DNA of 27,755 nt from an uncultured bacterium (lineage in GTDB: Bacteria > Hydrothermota > Tepidihabitantia > Tepidihabitantales > Tepidihabitantaceae), in contig CAZVCQ010000002.1 of the NCBI GenBank assembly GCA_964626085.1, positions 1 to 27,755 on the forward strand, written 5' to 3'. Of this stretch, positions 14,339 through 24,820 are shown piece by piece (position 1 is the first letter of the stretch; each line of letters opens with the position of its first letter). The position numbers were made by a program, and so were the translations under genes. The notes under the pieces are model-generated. The model did not search any database, had not been told where the DNA came from, and saw only the letters and a program-made list of their open reading frames with translations.

Positions 14339-15904
14339 ATGCTGAGAGCGTGTTCATTGCTGTTTGTTTTCGCCGCCGCGGCCATCGCTCAGCCCGATAC
14401 TACCTGGGTGCGCCGCTACGACGGCCCGGGCCACGGCTGGGACGAACCGTCCGTGATGAGGCTGATCGGCGACCGGGTATACGTGGCGGGCCAGAGCCGG
14501 GGCGACGGTTCGGGCTACGACTACGCAACCGTGGTCTATGACCTCGACGGCGACGATCTTTGGTCCGCTCGGTACAACGGGACCGGCAACGACCGTGACG
14601 AGATCACGGATCTCGTTGTCGACAGCGACGGCAACGTCATAGTGACCGGGTACAGCGAGGCCCCCGGCGGCAACTCGAACTGGGTGACCATCAAGTACGA
14701 CCAGAACGGCGACACGCTCTGGCTGGGGCGTCACAACTCAGGCGCCGGGGCTGCGGGAGTAGCGGTCGACGACTCCGGCAACGTCTATGTCACCGGCGGC
14801 GCGGGCAGCTACCCCTACGTCCGCCTCAATACCATTCGCTACGGTCCGGATGGAACCCAGCACTGGCTCGCCGAGTACTACCCGCCGGCACCGAACCGGG
14901 TCAACACGCCACGCGCCATCGCCATCGACCCCAACGGCTGCCCGATTGTCGCCGGCGGAGGCACGAGAGACTCCACCGGCCACGACATCCTCATCATCAA
15001 GTACAACCCGGTGACCGGCGAATCGCTCTGGGTCGCCCGCTACACGTCGTCCGGCGACGAAGGCGATGCCGCAGGCGCGATGGTTCTCGACGCCTCCGGG
15101 AACATCTACGTCACCGGGTATTTCCACGGCGGGACAACCGACCGGGACATCATCACGATGAAGTACTCGCCCGACGGGGCGCTGCTGTGGCTGGACACCT
15201 ACGACGGGCCGAACAACGGTAGTGACGCCGGGGTGGATATCGAACTCGGCGAGGACGGCAACATCTATGTCGCCGGCAACGTCAACCGCGGGTCGTCCAA
15301 CGACGATATGGCAGTCATTAAGTACAACCCGGCGGGAGAGACGCTCTGGGTCAGGCTGTACAACTACCCGACAAACCGCACGCACCGGGCCTACGCCCTC
15401 GCACTCGACGGCGAGAACAACGTCTACGTCTGCGGCTATCTCTGGACCGGGACCTCCTACGACTACCTGACGGTCAAGTACGACACCGACGGCACCGAAT
15501 TGTGGTATGTCCGCTACAACACCTACGAAGGCCAGGAGGACGAAGCCTACGACATCGCCCTCGACGACGCCGGTTTCGTCTACGTCACCGGGCGGGCCAA
15601 GGACTCGCTTAACAACTTCGACTACGCCACCATCAAGTACAGCCAGTTCAGCGGCATCGCGGCAGAGCCGAAGGTGGAAGTCCGAAGAACGAACTGCCCG
15701 ACCATCGTCCGCGGTGTCCTGTTCCTGGACGGGGGCTGTCCCCACACCGGGGCTGTCCCCGAGGCTGCCCTGCTCGACATCTCCGGCCGCAAGGTGCTCG
15801 ACCTCAAGCCGGGCGCCAACGATGTCCGCCACCTCGCGCCCGGTGTCTATTTCGTGACACAGCAGAACATCGGCTGCAGCAAGAAGATCGTTGTGCGAGA
15901 ATAG
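14339..15904 (+). CDS. Secreted SBBP-type beta-propeller repeat protein with C-terminal sorting domain
   Basis: Repeats of W..RY.G....D......D..GN.YVTG......D..TIKY. The second ATG (14339) fits the RBS spacing better than 14333. Confidence 0.88.
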   Translation: MLRACSLLFVFAAAAIAQPDTTWVRRYDGPGHGWDEPSVMRLIGDRVYVAGQSRGDGSGYDYATVVYDLDGDDLWSARYNGTGNDRDEITDLVVDSDGNVIVTGYSEAPGGNSNWVTIKYDQNGDTLWLGRHNSGAGAAGVAVDDSGNVYVTGGAGSYPYVRLNTIRYGPDGTQHWLAEYYPPAPNRVNTPRAIAIDPNGCPIVAGGGTRDSTGHDILIIKYNPVTGESLWVARYTSSGDEGDAAGAMVLDASGNIYVTGYFHGGTTDRDIITMKYSPDGALLWLDTYDGPNNGSDAGVDIELGEDGNIYVAGNVNRGSSNDDMAVIKYNPAGETLWVRLYNYPTNRTHRAYALALDGENNVYVCGYLWTGTSYDYLTVKYDTDGTELWYVRYNTYEGQEDEAYDIALDDAGFVYVTGRAKDSLNNFDYATIKYSQFSGIAAEPKVEVRRTNCPTIVRGVLFLDGGCPHTGAVPEAALLDISGRKVLDLKPGANDVRHLAPGVYFVTQQNIGCSKKIVVRE

Positions 15905-15913
15905 GAGGATTCG

Positions 15914-18454
15914 ATGAAAGTAACTGCGTTCTTTCTGATTCTGATGGCGGCGTTTGTCGCGCTGCCTGAGCCTGCATCTGCAGAGGAATTCCTGATTGAC
16001 GCAAGCTTCGCGTACGAACCTTGCCCGGGCGAGCAGGAACTTCCCGCCGTGGCGTTCGACGGTACCAACCACCTCGTGGTCTGGCGCAACTTCGACGGCA
16101 GTCAGTATGACATCCTCGGCGTCAGGGTCAGCAGCGGCGGCGAGGTTATGGACTCCGCTTTCATCGCCATCGCGGCCGACAGCGGACACCAGCAGGCCCC
16201 GGCGGTCGCGTACGACGGAACGAACTGGCTCGTGGTCTGGCAGGATGCCCCGGCCGGCAACCAGATTCGCGGCGCCAGGGTAGGGCCTGACGGCACCATC
16301 CTTGACCCGGACGGATTTCCAATCCTGGTCGGAGGTGGCAGGCAGCAACCGGCTGTTGCCTTTGACGGAGCCAACTACATGGTCGTATGGGCCGAGATGC
16401 GTGGAGGTAATCGTGATGTTCTCGGTGCCCGCGTTACGCCGGGCGGCGCGGTCCTTGATAGCGCTGGTTTCGTCATATCCGGTGCGGCCAATCATCAGCA
16501 GGCCCCCTCGGTCGCGTTCGGCGCCTCGGGTTATCTCGTTGCCTGGGAGGACTTCCGGAGCGGAAGCGGCTTCGATTTGTACGCGGCCCGGGTGACAACG
16601 GCGGCGCAAGTGCTCGACACAGCCGGGATTGTCATGTCGGCGGCGGCAAATACGCAGTCCGGCTCCGCGGTCGCGTTCGACGGGACCAACTATCTTGTCG
16701 CTTGGGACGACATACGCAACGGCTACAATCCGGATGTATTCGCGACCCGCGTCAGCCAGGACGGTACGGTGCTCGACCCGGACGGAATCGCGGTTTCCAG
16801 AACCCCCTACGGTGACCAGTGGGGGGTGGCGGTGGCGTTTGACGGGACGAACTTCCTTGCGGTCTGGTCCGACTACTACCTTCGTGAAATCTACGGTGCA
16901 CGGGTTTCGTCCGCCGGCGCGGTGCTCGACACGCTCGGGTTCGCCGTCTCCCACGGCTACGACAACTCCGACCTCTACCCGGCAATAGGGTTCGACGGGG
17001 CCGACTACTTCGTCGCATGGCAGTACAAGTACAACACCCACTACGACATCCACGCCGCGCGGGTCACGCCCGGCACCACGGTGCTGGACCCGACCGGCAT
17101 CGTCATCACCCGCGGCGCCCCGGTGGCTTACTACGAGTTCAACCCGGCGGTCGCCTCGAACGGTACCGACTACCTCGTCGTCTGGGATGACTCCCGTCGA
17201 AACGAGGCCGACATCTTCGGCGCGCGGGTCAGCCAGGGCGGCAGCGTGCTGGACCCGACCGGCATCGCGATATCCTTCGCTGAGGAGAACCAGGACTATC
17301 CCTCAGTCGCCTTCGGCAGTTCGAACTACCTTGTGGTCTGGGAGGACGAGCGCGACGGTGGCAGCGAGGACATCTACGCCGCGCGGGTCAGCCCGAACGG
17401 AATGCTCCTCGACCCGGCCGGCATCGCGATATCCATGGCCGACGGCGTGCAGGAGGATGCGCAGGCTGCGTTTGACGGGACCAACTTCCTGGTAGTGTGG
17501 CAGGACTACCGGAATACGCACTCCGACATATACGGGGCGCGTGTCAGCCCGGGCGGCCTCGTGCTTGATACTGCGGGCATACCGGTTGCGGGTCTGCAGT
17601 CGGCAGAGGAAGACGCTTCGGTTACGTTCGGCGGCACCAACTACCTGGTGGTCTGGGAGGACTACCGGGATGCGGACGCTGACATCTATGCCGCACGGGT
17701 GAGCCCGGCTGGCTCGGTGCTGGACCCAACCGGGTTCGCGGTCGCAACGGCAGGAGAGGACCAGTGCTTTCCGGTGGTCGCGTTCGACGGAACCAACTAC
17801 CTGGTGGTATGGCATGATGCGCGGGGCGCTTCAGACAACGACATCTACTGTGCCCGGGTCACGACGGCGGGCTCGGTGCTCGACCCGGACGGCATCGCGG
17901 TGTGCACCTCGGCTGAGAACCAGGAGTACGCGAGTGTCGCGTTCGACGGGACCGACTACCTGATTGCCTGGGAGGACTACCGCAACGATCCAGATACGTG
18001 TGACGTCTACGGCGCGCGGGTCAGTACAGCGGGCGCCGTGCTCGCACGCTTCCCGGTGTCGGTCCACGCGAACTGGCAGTGCGACCCGGCTCTTGCCCGA
18101 GGCGCTGGCAGCCAGGTCCTGACCGTGTTCACCGGTTGGGTCGACGAGCACCAGGGTAGCAACTACGACGCCGAGCGAACCTGGGGCACATTCGACATGG
18201 CTGGCGTAGCCGAGCACCCGACGTCCGCGGTGACCGGCTCACTGCCCGTTGCGACCGTCGTGCGTGGAATCCTGCGGCTGCCCGGAGCCCCGACCTCGGT
18301 CCCTAGGTCCTTTGCCTGTCTGCTAGATGCCTCCGGCCGGAAGGTGTTTGATCTGGAGCCCGGGCCGAACGATGTGAGCCGGCTGGCGCCGGGCGTGTAC
18401 TTCGTCAGAACCAATCAAGAGAAGCGACTGCAGAGAATAGTCATCGTCAAATAA
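15914..18454 (+). CDS. Large secreted repeat protein (PAVAFDGTNYLVVW repeats, probable beta-propellers) with C-terminal sorting domain
   Basis: About 12-13 repeats of P.VAFDGTNYLVVW.D.R....DIYGARV...G.VLDP.GI; signal peptide and CTD. Confidence 0.88.
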   Translation: MKVTAFFLILMAAFVALPEPASAEEFLIDASFAYEPCPGEQELPAVAFDGTNHLVVWRNFDGSQYDILGVRVSSGGEVMDSAFIAIAADSGHQQAPAVAYDGTNWLVVWQDAPAGNQIRGARVGPDGTILDPDGFPILVGGGRQQPAVAFDGANYMVVWAEMRGGNRDVLGARVTPGGAVLDSAGFVISGAANHQQAPSVAFGASGYLVAWEDFRSGSGFDLYAARVTTAAQVLDTAGIVMSAAANTQSGSAVAFDGTNYLVAWDDIRNGYNPDVFATRVSQDGTVLDPDGIAVSRTPYGDQWGVAVAFDGTNFLAVWSDYYLREIYGARVSSAGAVLDTLGFAVSHGYDNSDLYPAIGFDGADYFVAWQYKYNTHYDIHAARVTPGTTVLDPTGIVITRGAPVAYYEFNPAVASNGTDYLVVWDDSRRNEADIFGARVSQGGSVLDPTGIAISFAEENQDYPSVAFGSSNYLVVWEDERDGGSEDIYAARVSPNGMLLDPAGIAISMADGVQEDAQAAFDGTNFLVVWQDYRNTHSDIYGARVSPGGLVLDTAGIPVAGLQSAEEDASVTFGGTNYLVVWEDYRDADADIYAARVSPAGSVLDPTGFAVATAGEDQCFPVVAFDGTNYLVVWHDARGASDNDIYCARVTTAGSVLDPDGIAVCTSAENQEYASVAFDGTDYLIAWEDYRNDPDTCDVYGARVSTAGAVLARFPVSVHANWQCDPALARGAGSQVLTVFTGWVDEHQGSNYDAERTWGTFDMAGVAEHPTSAVTGSLPVATVVRGILRLPGAPTSVPRSFACLLDASGRKVFDLEPGPNDVSRLAPGVYFVRTNQEKRLQRIVIVK

Positions 18455-18463
18455 GGAGGTACC

Positions 18464-19840
18464 ATGAAGTTCGCAACCGTGCTGCTGGCCGTATGCTGTT
18501 TGCTGTCAGCCACGTCGGCACAGTGGCTGGAGACGACGATATCATTGCCCGCCAGTTCCTGGCCCAATGATCTGTGCTACAACCCAACCGACAACAAGGT
18601 CTACTCTGCCAACTACAACATCGGCAGCATCACAGTCATCGACGCCGCGACCAATGCGATCGTCGCCACCATTCCGACCGCCGCCGAGCCGTCGTACTTC
18701 TGCTACAATTCACAGGGCAACAAGGTCTACTGCACTCACTACAGCGACAGCCTTGTGACGGTAGTCCACGGCACCGGTGACAGCGTCATAACGACGTTTC
18801 GAGCCGGACTGAACGCAAGCAGCATCTGCTACAACCCGCAGGACAACAAGGTCTATTGCCCGAATTCCTCAAGCGACAGCGTCTTCATAGTCGACGCTGC
18901 GGCCGACACCGTCATCGCCGTCGTCGGCACGGGCGACATTCCGAAGCAGCTCTGCTACAATCCGACCGACAACAAGGTCTACTGCTCGAACGTCGGCGAC
19001 AGGACCGTGACGGTGATTGACGGCGCGGGCGACACCGTCATTGCTACGGTCGCGGCCGGCTCCGCGCCCGGCGTCATGGTCCACAATGTCCTGAATGACA
19101 TGGTCTACGTCGCCAACGCGGGCGGTGACAGCGTCATGGCTATCGATGGCGCGGCGGACACCGTCATCGCCACCATCCCGACCGGCGACGTGCCCCGCGC
19201 CCTGTGCTTCAATCGGGAGTACAACAAGGTCTACTGCGCGAACGCCGGCAGCGACAACATCTCGGTCATCGACTGCGCCACCAACGCTGTCATCGCCACG
19301 GTCCCGGCGGGCGACGCGCCCTTTGCGATTCTGAGCAACGACGTCAACAACACCGTGTACTGCTCGAACTCGACCAGCGACGAAGTCGTGGTTGTCGACT
19401 GTGCCGCCGATTCGGTCATCGCCAGAATCGCGTGCGGCGACTACGCCAGCCTGATGGCGCACAACCCGGTGCAGAACCGCGTCTACGTGCTGAACATAGA
19501 CGACAATTCCATTTCGGTCATTCGCGACAGTATGCCGGCGGGAGTCGAGGCGGACCCCACGCCGCAGGCCGCAAGTCACAAGCCCGCGGCTACTATCGTC
19601 CGCGGAGTGCTGGACCTGGGAGTAGGCAGTAGACAGCAGGCAGTAGACAGGGCGGCACTGTCTGACAGGGGTCGCTGCGGCCAACTGCTGGATGCGACGG
19701 GGCGGAAGGTCGCGGAGCTTCACCCCGGCGCGAATGATGTGAGCGGGTTGGCGCCGGGCGTGTACTTTGTCCGTGTGCAGCTGGCCGTCGGCCCCGCGCT
19801 GTCAGCCGCAAGCAGCTACAAGGTCGTAATCCACAAATAG
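18464..19840 (+). CDS. Secreted YVTN/YncE-like beta-propeller protein (long form) with C-terminal sorting domain
   Basis: Paralog of the 13490 gene with about four extra CYN..NKVYC repeats. Confidence 0.88.
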   Translation: MKFATVLLAVCCLLSATSAQWLETTISLPASSWPNDLCYNPTDNKVYSANYNIGSITVIDAATNAIVATIPTAAEPSYFCYNSQGNKVYCTHYSDSLVTVVHGTGDSVITTFRAGLNASSICYNPQDNKVYCPNSSSDSVFIVDAAADTVIAVVGTGDIPKQLCYNPTDNKVYCSNVGDRTVTVIDGAGDTVIATVAAGSAPGVMVHNVLNDMVYVANAGGDSVMAIDGAADTVIATIPTGDVPRALCFNREYNKVYCANAGSDNISVIDCATNAVIATVPAGDAPFAILSNDVNNTVYCSNSTSDEVVVVDCAADSVIARIACGDYASLMAHNPVQNRVYVLNIDDNSISVIRDSMPAGVEADPTPQAASHKPAATIVRGVLDLGVGSRQQAVDRAALSDRGRCGQLLDATGRKVAELHPGANDVSGLAPGVYFVRVQLAVGPALSAASSYKVVIHK

Positions 19841-19849
19841 GGAGGAATG

Positions 19850-21061
19850 ATGACCAAGAACGTATTTCTGTTGGTGCTTGTGCTGGCGGTCGCCGGGACC
19901 GCACGGGCTGATTCGCTCAACTGCCGGGGGCTCGGGCGCTTTGACACACCGGGTCTGGCCGTTGGTGTGGCGGTGTCCGGGAACTACGCATACGTGGCGG
20001 ATGGGGATTCGGGGTTGCGTATCATCGACGTGAGTAATCCGGGAAGTCCGTTTGAGGCAGGGCACCAGGCAACGCCTGGCTATGCCCGCCGTGTGGCGGT
20101 ATCCGGGAACTACGCATATGTGGCGGCCGCGGATTCGGGCCTGCGCATTGTTGACGTAAGCAGCCCGCAAAGCCCGCATGAAGCCGGGCACTACGTCACG
20201 CCGAGTTGGGCCTATGTCGTGGCGGTGTCGGGCGACTTTGCCTACGTTGTGGACGAAGATACGCTGCGCATCATTGACGTGAGTAATCCGCAGAGCCCGG
20301 CTGAGGTCGGGCGTTTCGGCGACCCGGGCTTTGCCTTTGCCGTGGCCGCGTCCGGGAACTACGTCTATTTGGCGGACGACAACCAGGGACTGCGCATCAT
20401 CGACGTGAGTAACCCGCAAAGTCCGTACGAGGCCGGCTACCACATCACATCGGACTGGGCCTATGGCGTGGCGGTATCCGGCAGCTTCGCCTATGTGGCT
20501 GCCCGCTCCGCGGGACTGTGCATCATCGACGTTAGCAACCCGCAGAGTCCGTATGAGACCGGTTCCTACGCCGTCATGGCCACCGGCGCGGCGGTGTCCG
20601 GCAACTTCGTCTACGTCGTGGACGGTTCTGCAGACCTGTACGTCATCAACGTGGGTGACCCGCAGAGCCCGAGTGAGGCGGGGCACTATGGCACTCCGGG
20701 TACCCCATGTGTCGTGGCCGTGTCCGGGAACCTCGCCTATGTCGCGGACTGGGATTCGGGCCTGAGCATCATCGAGTTCTACGGTGCGGGGATTGAGGAA
20801 GTGCCGCTCGCCGAAGTACGAGCGGCGGATCCGATGCCGACGGTTGTGCGTGGGGTGCTGGTGCTCGGCGCTGTAGGCAGTAGACAGAATACAGAATACA
20901 GGGGAGGACTTATGGATGCGGCGGGGCGGAAGGTGATGGAGCTTCACGCCGGCGCGAACGATGTGAGCGGGCTGGGCCCGGGCGTGTACTTTGTGCGTGC
21001 GGAGCAGGCACAAGCCCAAGCTCAAGCGCAGGCAATCCGCAGGGTCATGATCGTGAGATAA
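19850..21061 (+). CDS. Secreted LVIVD-repeat protein with C-terminal sorting domain
   Basis: About seven repeats of [11 protein letters not shown]....GL.IIDVSNP.SP.E.G. The start could be 19847 or 19850. Confidence 0.9.
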   Translation: MTKNVFLLVLVLAVAGTARADSLNCRGLGRFDTPGLAVGVAVSGNYAYVADGDSGLRIIDVSNPGSPFEAGHQATPGYARRVAVSGNYAYVAAADSGLRIVDVSSPQSPHEAGHYVTPSWAYVVAVSGDFAYVVDEDTLRIIDVSNPQSPAEVGRFGDPGFAFAVAASGNYVYLADDNQGLRIIDVSNPQSPYEAGYHITSDWAYGVAVSGSFAYVAARSAGLCIIDVSNPQSPYETGSYAVMATGAAVSGNFVYVVDGSADLYVINVGDPQSPSEAGHYGTPGTPCVVAVSGNLAYVADWDSGLSIIEFYGAGIEEVPLAEVRAADPMPTVVRGVLVLGAVGSRQNTEYRGGLMDAAGRKVMELHAGANDVSGLGPGVYFVRAEQAQAQAQAQAIRRVMIVR

Positions 21062-21070
21062 GGAGGACTC

Positions 21071-23953
21071 TTGAAGCGTAGCATTTTCATCGCGCTGTTG
21101 GTTTCGTTCACTTCCGCGCGGGCGCCGGTCGAGAACTGGGTCAGTCACTACAACCGGGTCAACAGCGACGACGAGGGTCTCGTCCTTGCGACTGATGCCG
21201 CGGGTAGCGTCTACGTTGCCGGTCGGAGCTGGGGACCGAACCACGACCCGGCCCTCCTGACGGTGAAGTACGATTCGACCGGTGGCGAGGTCTGGACCGC
21301 GCGGTTCGACGAGGCGGGCATCGACGCCCCGGCCGCGATTGCGGTTGATGCGTCCGGCAACGTCTACGTGACCGGGCAGGCGGGGCAGGCGGTGAACAAG
21401 TCCGACCTCATCACGTTGAAGTATTCGCCGTCCGGTGCGGAGTTGTGGCGCAGCCGCTACTCGGATCCGTCCGACGCGAGCGACGTGGCGGCGGGGATTG
21501 CGCTCGCGCCCGACGGTGCGGTCTACGTCCTCGGTTCGAGCTGGATGCCCGGGGGTTGTGCGGTCGTGCTCGTCCGCTACAGCTCGACCGGGACCGAGGA
21601 GTGGGTGAGCCGGTTCTTCCCTAAGGATTCAACCTGGAACTGCGGCCGGGCGGTGGCGGCGGACGCGGGCGGCGCGTGGGTTGCCGGCGCTTCGGACGGC
21701 AGCTACCTCGTGATGCGTTACCGCGCGAACGGTGACACCGCCTGGGTCCGGTACTACAGCGGGGCCGGACAGGGCGACGCCCGCGGCCTGGTGCTTGACG
21801 GCTCGGGCGTGGTCGTCACCGGCCAGCTCGTCACGTCGGGCATGGACCTTGACTATGTGACGGTGCGGTTCGATTCGAGCGGGCAGAGCGACTGGTCCGC
21901 GGTCTACGACGGTCCGGCCCACAGTCACGACCAGGCCTACGCAATCTGCCGCGATTCGGCGGGCGGCATCTATGTCACCGGCCGCACCCAGGCTTCGCTG
22001 CGCAACGTCGACTACGCCACCGTCAAGTACTCGCCGTCCGGCAGCCAGCGCTGGGTCGCGCTCTACTCCGGTCCGGATACCGCCGGAACCGACGTGGCCT
22101 GGGCGGTGGCTTCGGGTCCGCACGGCCGGGTCTGCGTCACCGGCCAGAGCTGGTCCGACGTGGCGGCTGAGGATTTCGACTACGCCACCGTCTGCTATGA
22201 CACCGGCGGTACCCGGCGCTGGGTCGACCGCTATTCCGGGACCGGCGGGGGACGCGACGAGGCGGTCTGCCTGGGGTTCACGCGGTCCGGGCGGGTGGTG
22301 GTCAGCGGCCGCAGCCTCAATGCGTCCGGGGATTTCGATTTCGTCACGATCGCTTTCGACACCGCCGGCGGCCGGGCGTGGCTGGCGACGTACGCCGGGC
22401 CGGGCGGTCCGGGCACCGGCGGCGAGTCCGGGCTCGCAATCGGCCGCGACCGGTCGAGCAATCTCTATGTGTCGGGCGGAGACGCGCAGGACGTCATCAC
22501 CGTGAAGTACGACGCCGGGGGCAATGAGCTGTGGCAGCGGGTTTATGACGGCGGCAGCCGCGGCATCGACGCCTGGCGGGGGATGACCGTGACCGAGGAC
22601 GGCGACGTCCGGGTCCTGTCCCGGAGCCAGGTCCCGCTGCCGGCTCCGCTGACAACCGTCTACGCGGTCGCGCGCTACTCACCGGACGGCGACGAACGCT
22701 GGGTCGCAACCTACTTCGGCCCGGACAGCACCGACGCGGACCCGGTCGCGCTCTGCACCGACGCCTCGGGAAACAGCTACGTGACCGGCGGCGTGCTCGA
22801 CTCGTTCACCGTCGCCTGGCACACCATCAAGATCGACTCGACCGGCGCCCGGCGGTGGCTCGCGGTGATGAGCCGGACGGATACACTCCAGCTTTACTCC
22901 AACCCGCGCTGCATCGCGGCCGACGACAACGGCTACGTCTACGTCGGCGGCGAACAGGACAGCCTCGGCGGGTTCGAAGACATGATGCTGATTCGCTACC
23001 GGCCCGACGGCGGCGAGGACTGGCGCGCCCGCTACGCCGGCCCGGGCCTCGGCATCGACCTGCTCCAGTGCCTGGTCGTGGACGCGGCGGGCAACGCCTT
23101 TGCCAGCGGCCAGAGTTGGGACTCCGTCACCGGCTACAATTTTGCGACCATCCGGTTCACCCCGACCGGCGAGACCGCCTGGGTCCGACGCTACGCCGGG
23201 CCGGGCGGGCTGAGCAATGAAGACAAGCCGTGCGCCGTGGCGCTGGACGACTCGGGCAACGTCCTCGTGACCGGGTCGAGCTGGGCGGATTCCTCGATGG
23301 ACTACCTCACCGTCAAGTACGCGCCGGACGGGCAACAGCTCTGGACCGCGCGCTACGACGGTTCCGGGCATCACACCGACGTGCCAACCGCGGTCACGGC
23401 CGACCGCGCCGGCAACGTCTACGTCACCGGCTACGGGTGGCAGGATGGAACGCTCTGGGATTATACCACCGTGATGTACTCGGCTGGCGGCGCGGAGCGT
23501 TGGTCGCTCAGGTATCACGGAACCGGCAACTACTACGACAAGTCGCTTGGCCTCGTTGTCGAGGACTCGATGCACCTATGGGTCACCGGTGCGAGCGTGG
23601 CCGCGGGCCAGAACTCAGACATGGTGACCATCTACTACGGTCCGGACCCGGGCCTGGCCGGTGCCGAACCGGTGTCGATGCGGGCCCGGCTGATGGTTCG
23701 TCCCGGCATCGCGACGCGTCGGGTCAGCGCCGCGCTCTTTCTGCCGACCGGCGGATCGGTCCGGCTCGGCATCTACGATTGCAGTGGCCGGCTCGTCCGG
23801 TTGTTCGTCGAGGCCGAACTGCTGCGGGGACGTCATGACTTCTCCTGGAACGGCGTCGACGAACGCGGCCGCCGCTGCCCGGCCGGCGCTTATTTCATCC
23901 GGGTGAACACGCCGTCCGGCCCGGCGGTCGAACGCGTCGTCTTCATCCGCTAG
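21071..23953 (+). CDS. Large secreted SBBP-type beta-propeller repeat protein with FlgD-Ig-like C-terminal domain
   Basis: Tandem W...Y.G...D....A.D..GN.YVTG repeats. The CTD IYDCSGRLVR...FSWNGVDERGRRCPAGAYFIR differs from the other CTDs. TTG start with AGGAGG RBS. Confidence 0.88.
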   Translation: MKRSIFIALLVSFTSARAPVENWVSHYNRVNSDDEGLVLATDAAGSVYVAGRSWGPNHDPALLTVKYDSTGGEVWTARFDEAGIDAPAAIAVDASGNVYVTGQAGQAVNKSDLITLKYSPSGAELWRSRYSDPSDASDVAAGIALAPDGAVYVLGSSWMPGGCAVVLVRYSSTGTEEWVSRFFPKDSTWNCGRAVAADAGGAWVAGASDGSYLVMRYRANGDTAWVRYYSGAGQGDARGLVLDGSGVVVTGQLVTSGMDLDYVTVRFDSSGQSDWSAVYDGPAHSHDQAYAICRDSAGGIYVTGRTQASLRNVDYATVKYSPSGSQRWVALYSGPDTAGTDVAWAVASGPHGRVCVTGQSWSDVAAEDFDYATVCYDTGGTRRWVDRYSGTGGGRDEAVCLGFTRSGRVVVSGRSLNASGDFDFVTIAFDTAGGRAWLATYAGPGGPGTGGESGLAIGRDRSSNLYVSGGDAQDVITVKYDAGGNELWQRVYDGGSRGIDAWRGMTVTEDGDVRVLSRSQVPLPAPLTTVYAVARYSPDGDERWVATYFGPDSTDADPVALCTDASGNSYVTGGVLDSFTVAWHTIKIDSTGARRWLAVMSRTDTLQLYSNPRCIAADDNGYVYVGGEQDSLGGFEDMMLIRYRPDGGEDWRARYAGPGLGIDLLQCLVVDAAGNAFASGQSWDSVTGYNFATIRFTPTGETAWVRRYAGPGGLSNEDKPCAVALDDSGNVLVTGSSWADSSMDYLTVKYAPDGQQLWTARYDGSGHHTDVPTAVTADRAGNVYVTGYGWQDGTLWDYTTVMYSAGGAERWSLRYHGTGNYYDKSLGLVVEDSMHLWVTGASVAAGQNSDMVTIYYGPDPGLAGAEPVSMRARLMVRPGIATRRVSAALFLPTGGSVRLGIYDCSGRLVRLFVEAELLRGRHDFSWNGVDERGRRCPAGAYFIRVNTPSGPAVERVVFIR

Positions 23954-24111
23954 TTCCGTCGACCGTCCGGTCTGGCGATTCGCCCAAACCCGTTCACCGC
24001 CAGGTAAGCCTGGAATGCGATGGTCCGTGCGGCGGCGAGCGGGAGGTTCTCTTGAGCACCGGACTGCTTGCGGCGGTGCTGGCAGCAGTCCGTTCGAAGC
24101 AGCGTGCCCTG

Positions 24112-24244
24112 TATCACTGGATCGGCAAGGACCGGACAGGAAAGGAGGTGTGCGGGGGTGTACCTGGCCGAGTTGGACAGAGGAGACCGGTCGGAGACCG
24201 TCCGACTGGTGAAGATGCGCTCGCCGGGTTCGGGAGTACGATAG
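24112..24244 (+). pseudogene. Frameshifted orphan FlgD-Ig-like CTD remnant
   Basis: YHWIGKDRTGKEVC(G), then a frameshift in the G5 run at 24154-24158, then VYLAELDRGDRSETVRLVKMR...TAG followed directly by GAGG. Confidence 0.65.
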
Positions 24245-24277
24245 GAGGAAAGGGTGAGAGCATTCGCAGCATCGAGC

Positions 24278-24305
24278 TTGACAGCGGTGCGGCGGGGACT
24301 ATGAT
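24278..24305 (+). promoter_or_regulatory. Internal sigma70-type promoter
   Basis: TTGACA-16 bp-TATGAT, 23 nt before ATG 24329. Confidence 0.65.
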
Positions 24306-24328
24306 GAGCCGAAATCGACAGGGCTAGG

Positions 24329-24811
24329 ATGAAACGACATTCACAACTCCGCGCCAACATCACTATCGTCGTGGGCATCGTCGTGCTGTGCGTCAGCACC
24401 GCCACCGGCGAGCTGTGGAAGACGACCGACACCGGGACGATCTGGCTGCGGGAGAACACCTGCACCAACTGGGCGCTGTACGATGCCGGTTTCCCGGAGC
24501 CGGGGACCGGCTACGCGGTCGGCGCGGTCGATGTAGTCATCAAGACCGGCTACGGCGGGGCGGTCGAGGATGAATGCCCGCTGCAGTGGCCGCACTCCCC
24601 TATGCCTGCGACCTTGCTCTCCGGAGCCGCGTTCAGACTGCCGGGCAACCGAGCGGCTCGATTCCTCGACATCTCAGGCTGGAAGGTCGCAGAGCTGGTA
24701 CCGGGCGTGAACGACGTCCGGCATCTGGCGCCCGGCGTGTACTTTGTGCGTCTGGCATCAAGCGTAATGCGTGATGCGTCGGGCGTGTCCAAGGTCATGA
24801 TTCTGAAATAG
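24329..24811 (+). CDS. Short secreted protein: signal peptide, single BNR/YCF48-like repeat and C-terminal sorting domain (probably an internally deleted gene)
   Basis: LWKTTDTG..W and FP..GTGYAVG...V.IKTG.GG followed by a full CTD. Confidence 0.7.
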   Translation: MKRHSQLRANITIVVGIVVLCVSTATGELWKTTDTGTIWLRENTCTNWALYDAGFPEPGTGYAVGAVDVVIKTGYGGAVEDECPLQWPHSPMPATLLSGAAFRLPGNRAARFLDISGWKVAELVPGVNDVRHLAPGVYFVRLASSVMRDASGVSKVMILK

Positions 24812-24820
24812 GGAGGAACT

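Noticed and set aside
14738-17053. 771-aa antisense ORF, and similar long antisense ORFs at 5751-6749, 12329-13414, 18869-19723, 19802-21244, 22679-23575 and 25607-26539
   Set aside because: They lie opposite well-supported genes and have V/D/G/R-rich composition without motifs, as expected for shadow frames of GC-rich codon usage.
23950-24468. ORFs 23950-24468 (-), 24015-24212 (+) and 24052-24327 (+) as functional genes
   Set aside because: They have no RBS or coherent domain. The region is better explained as a frameshifted CTD remnant plus a promoter.
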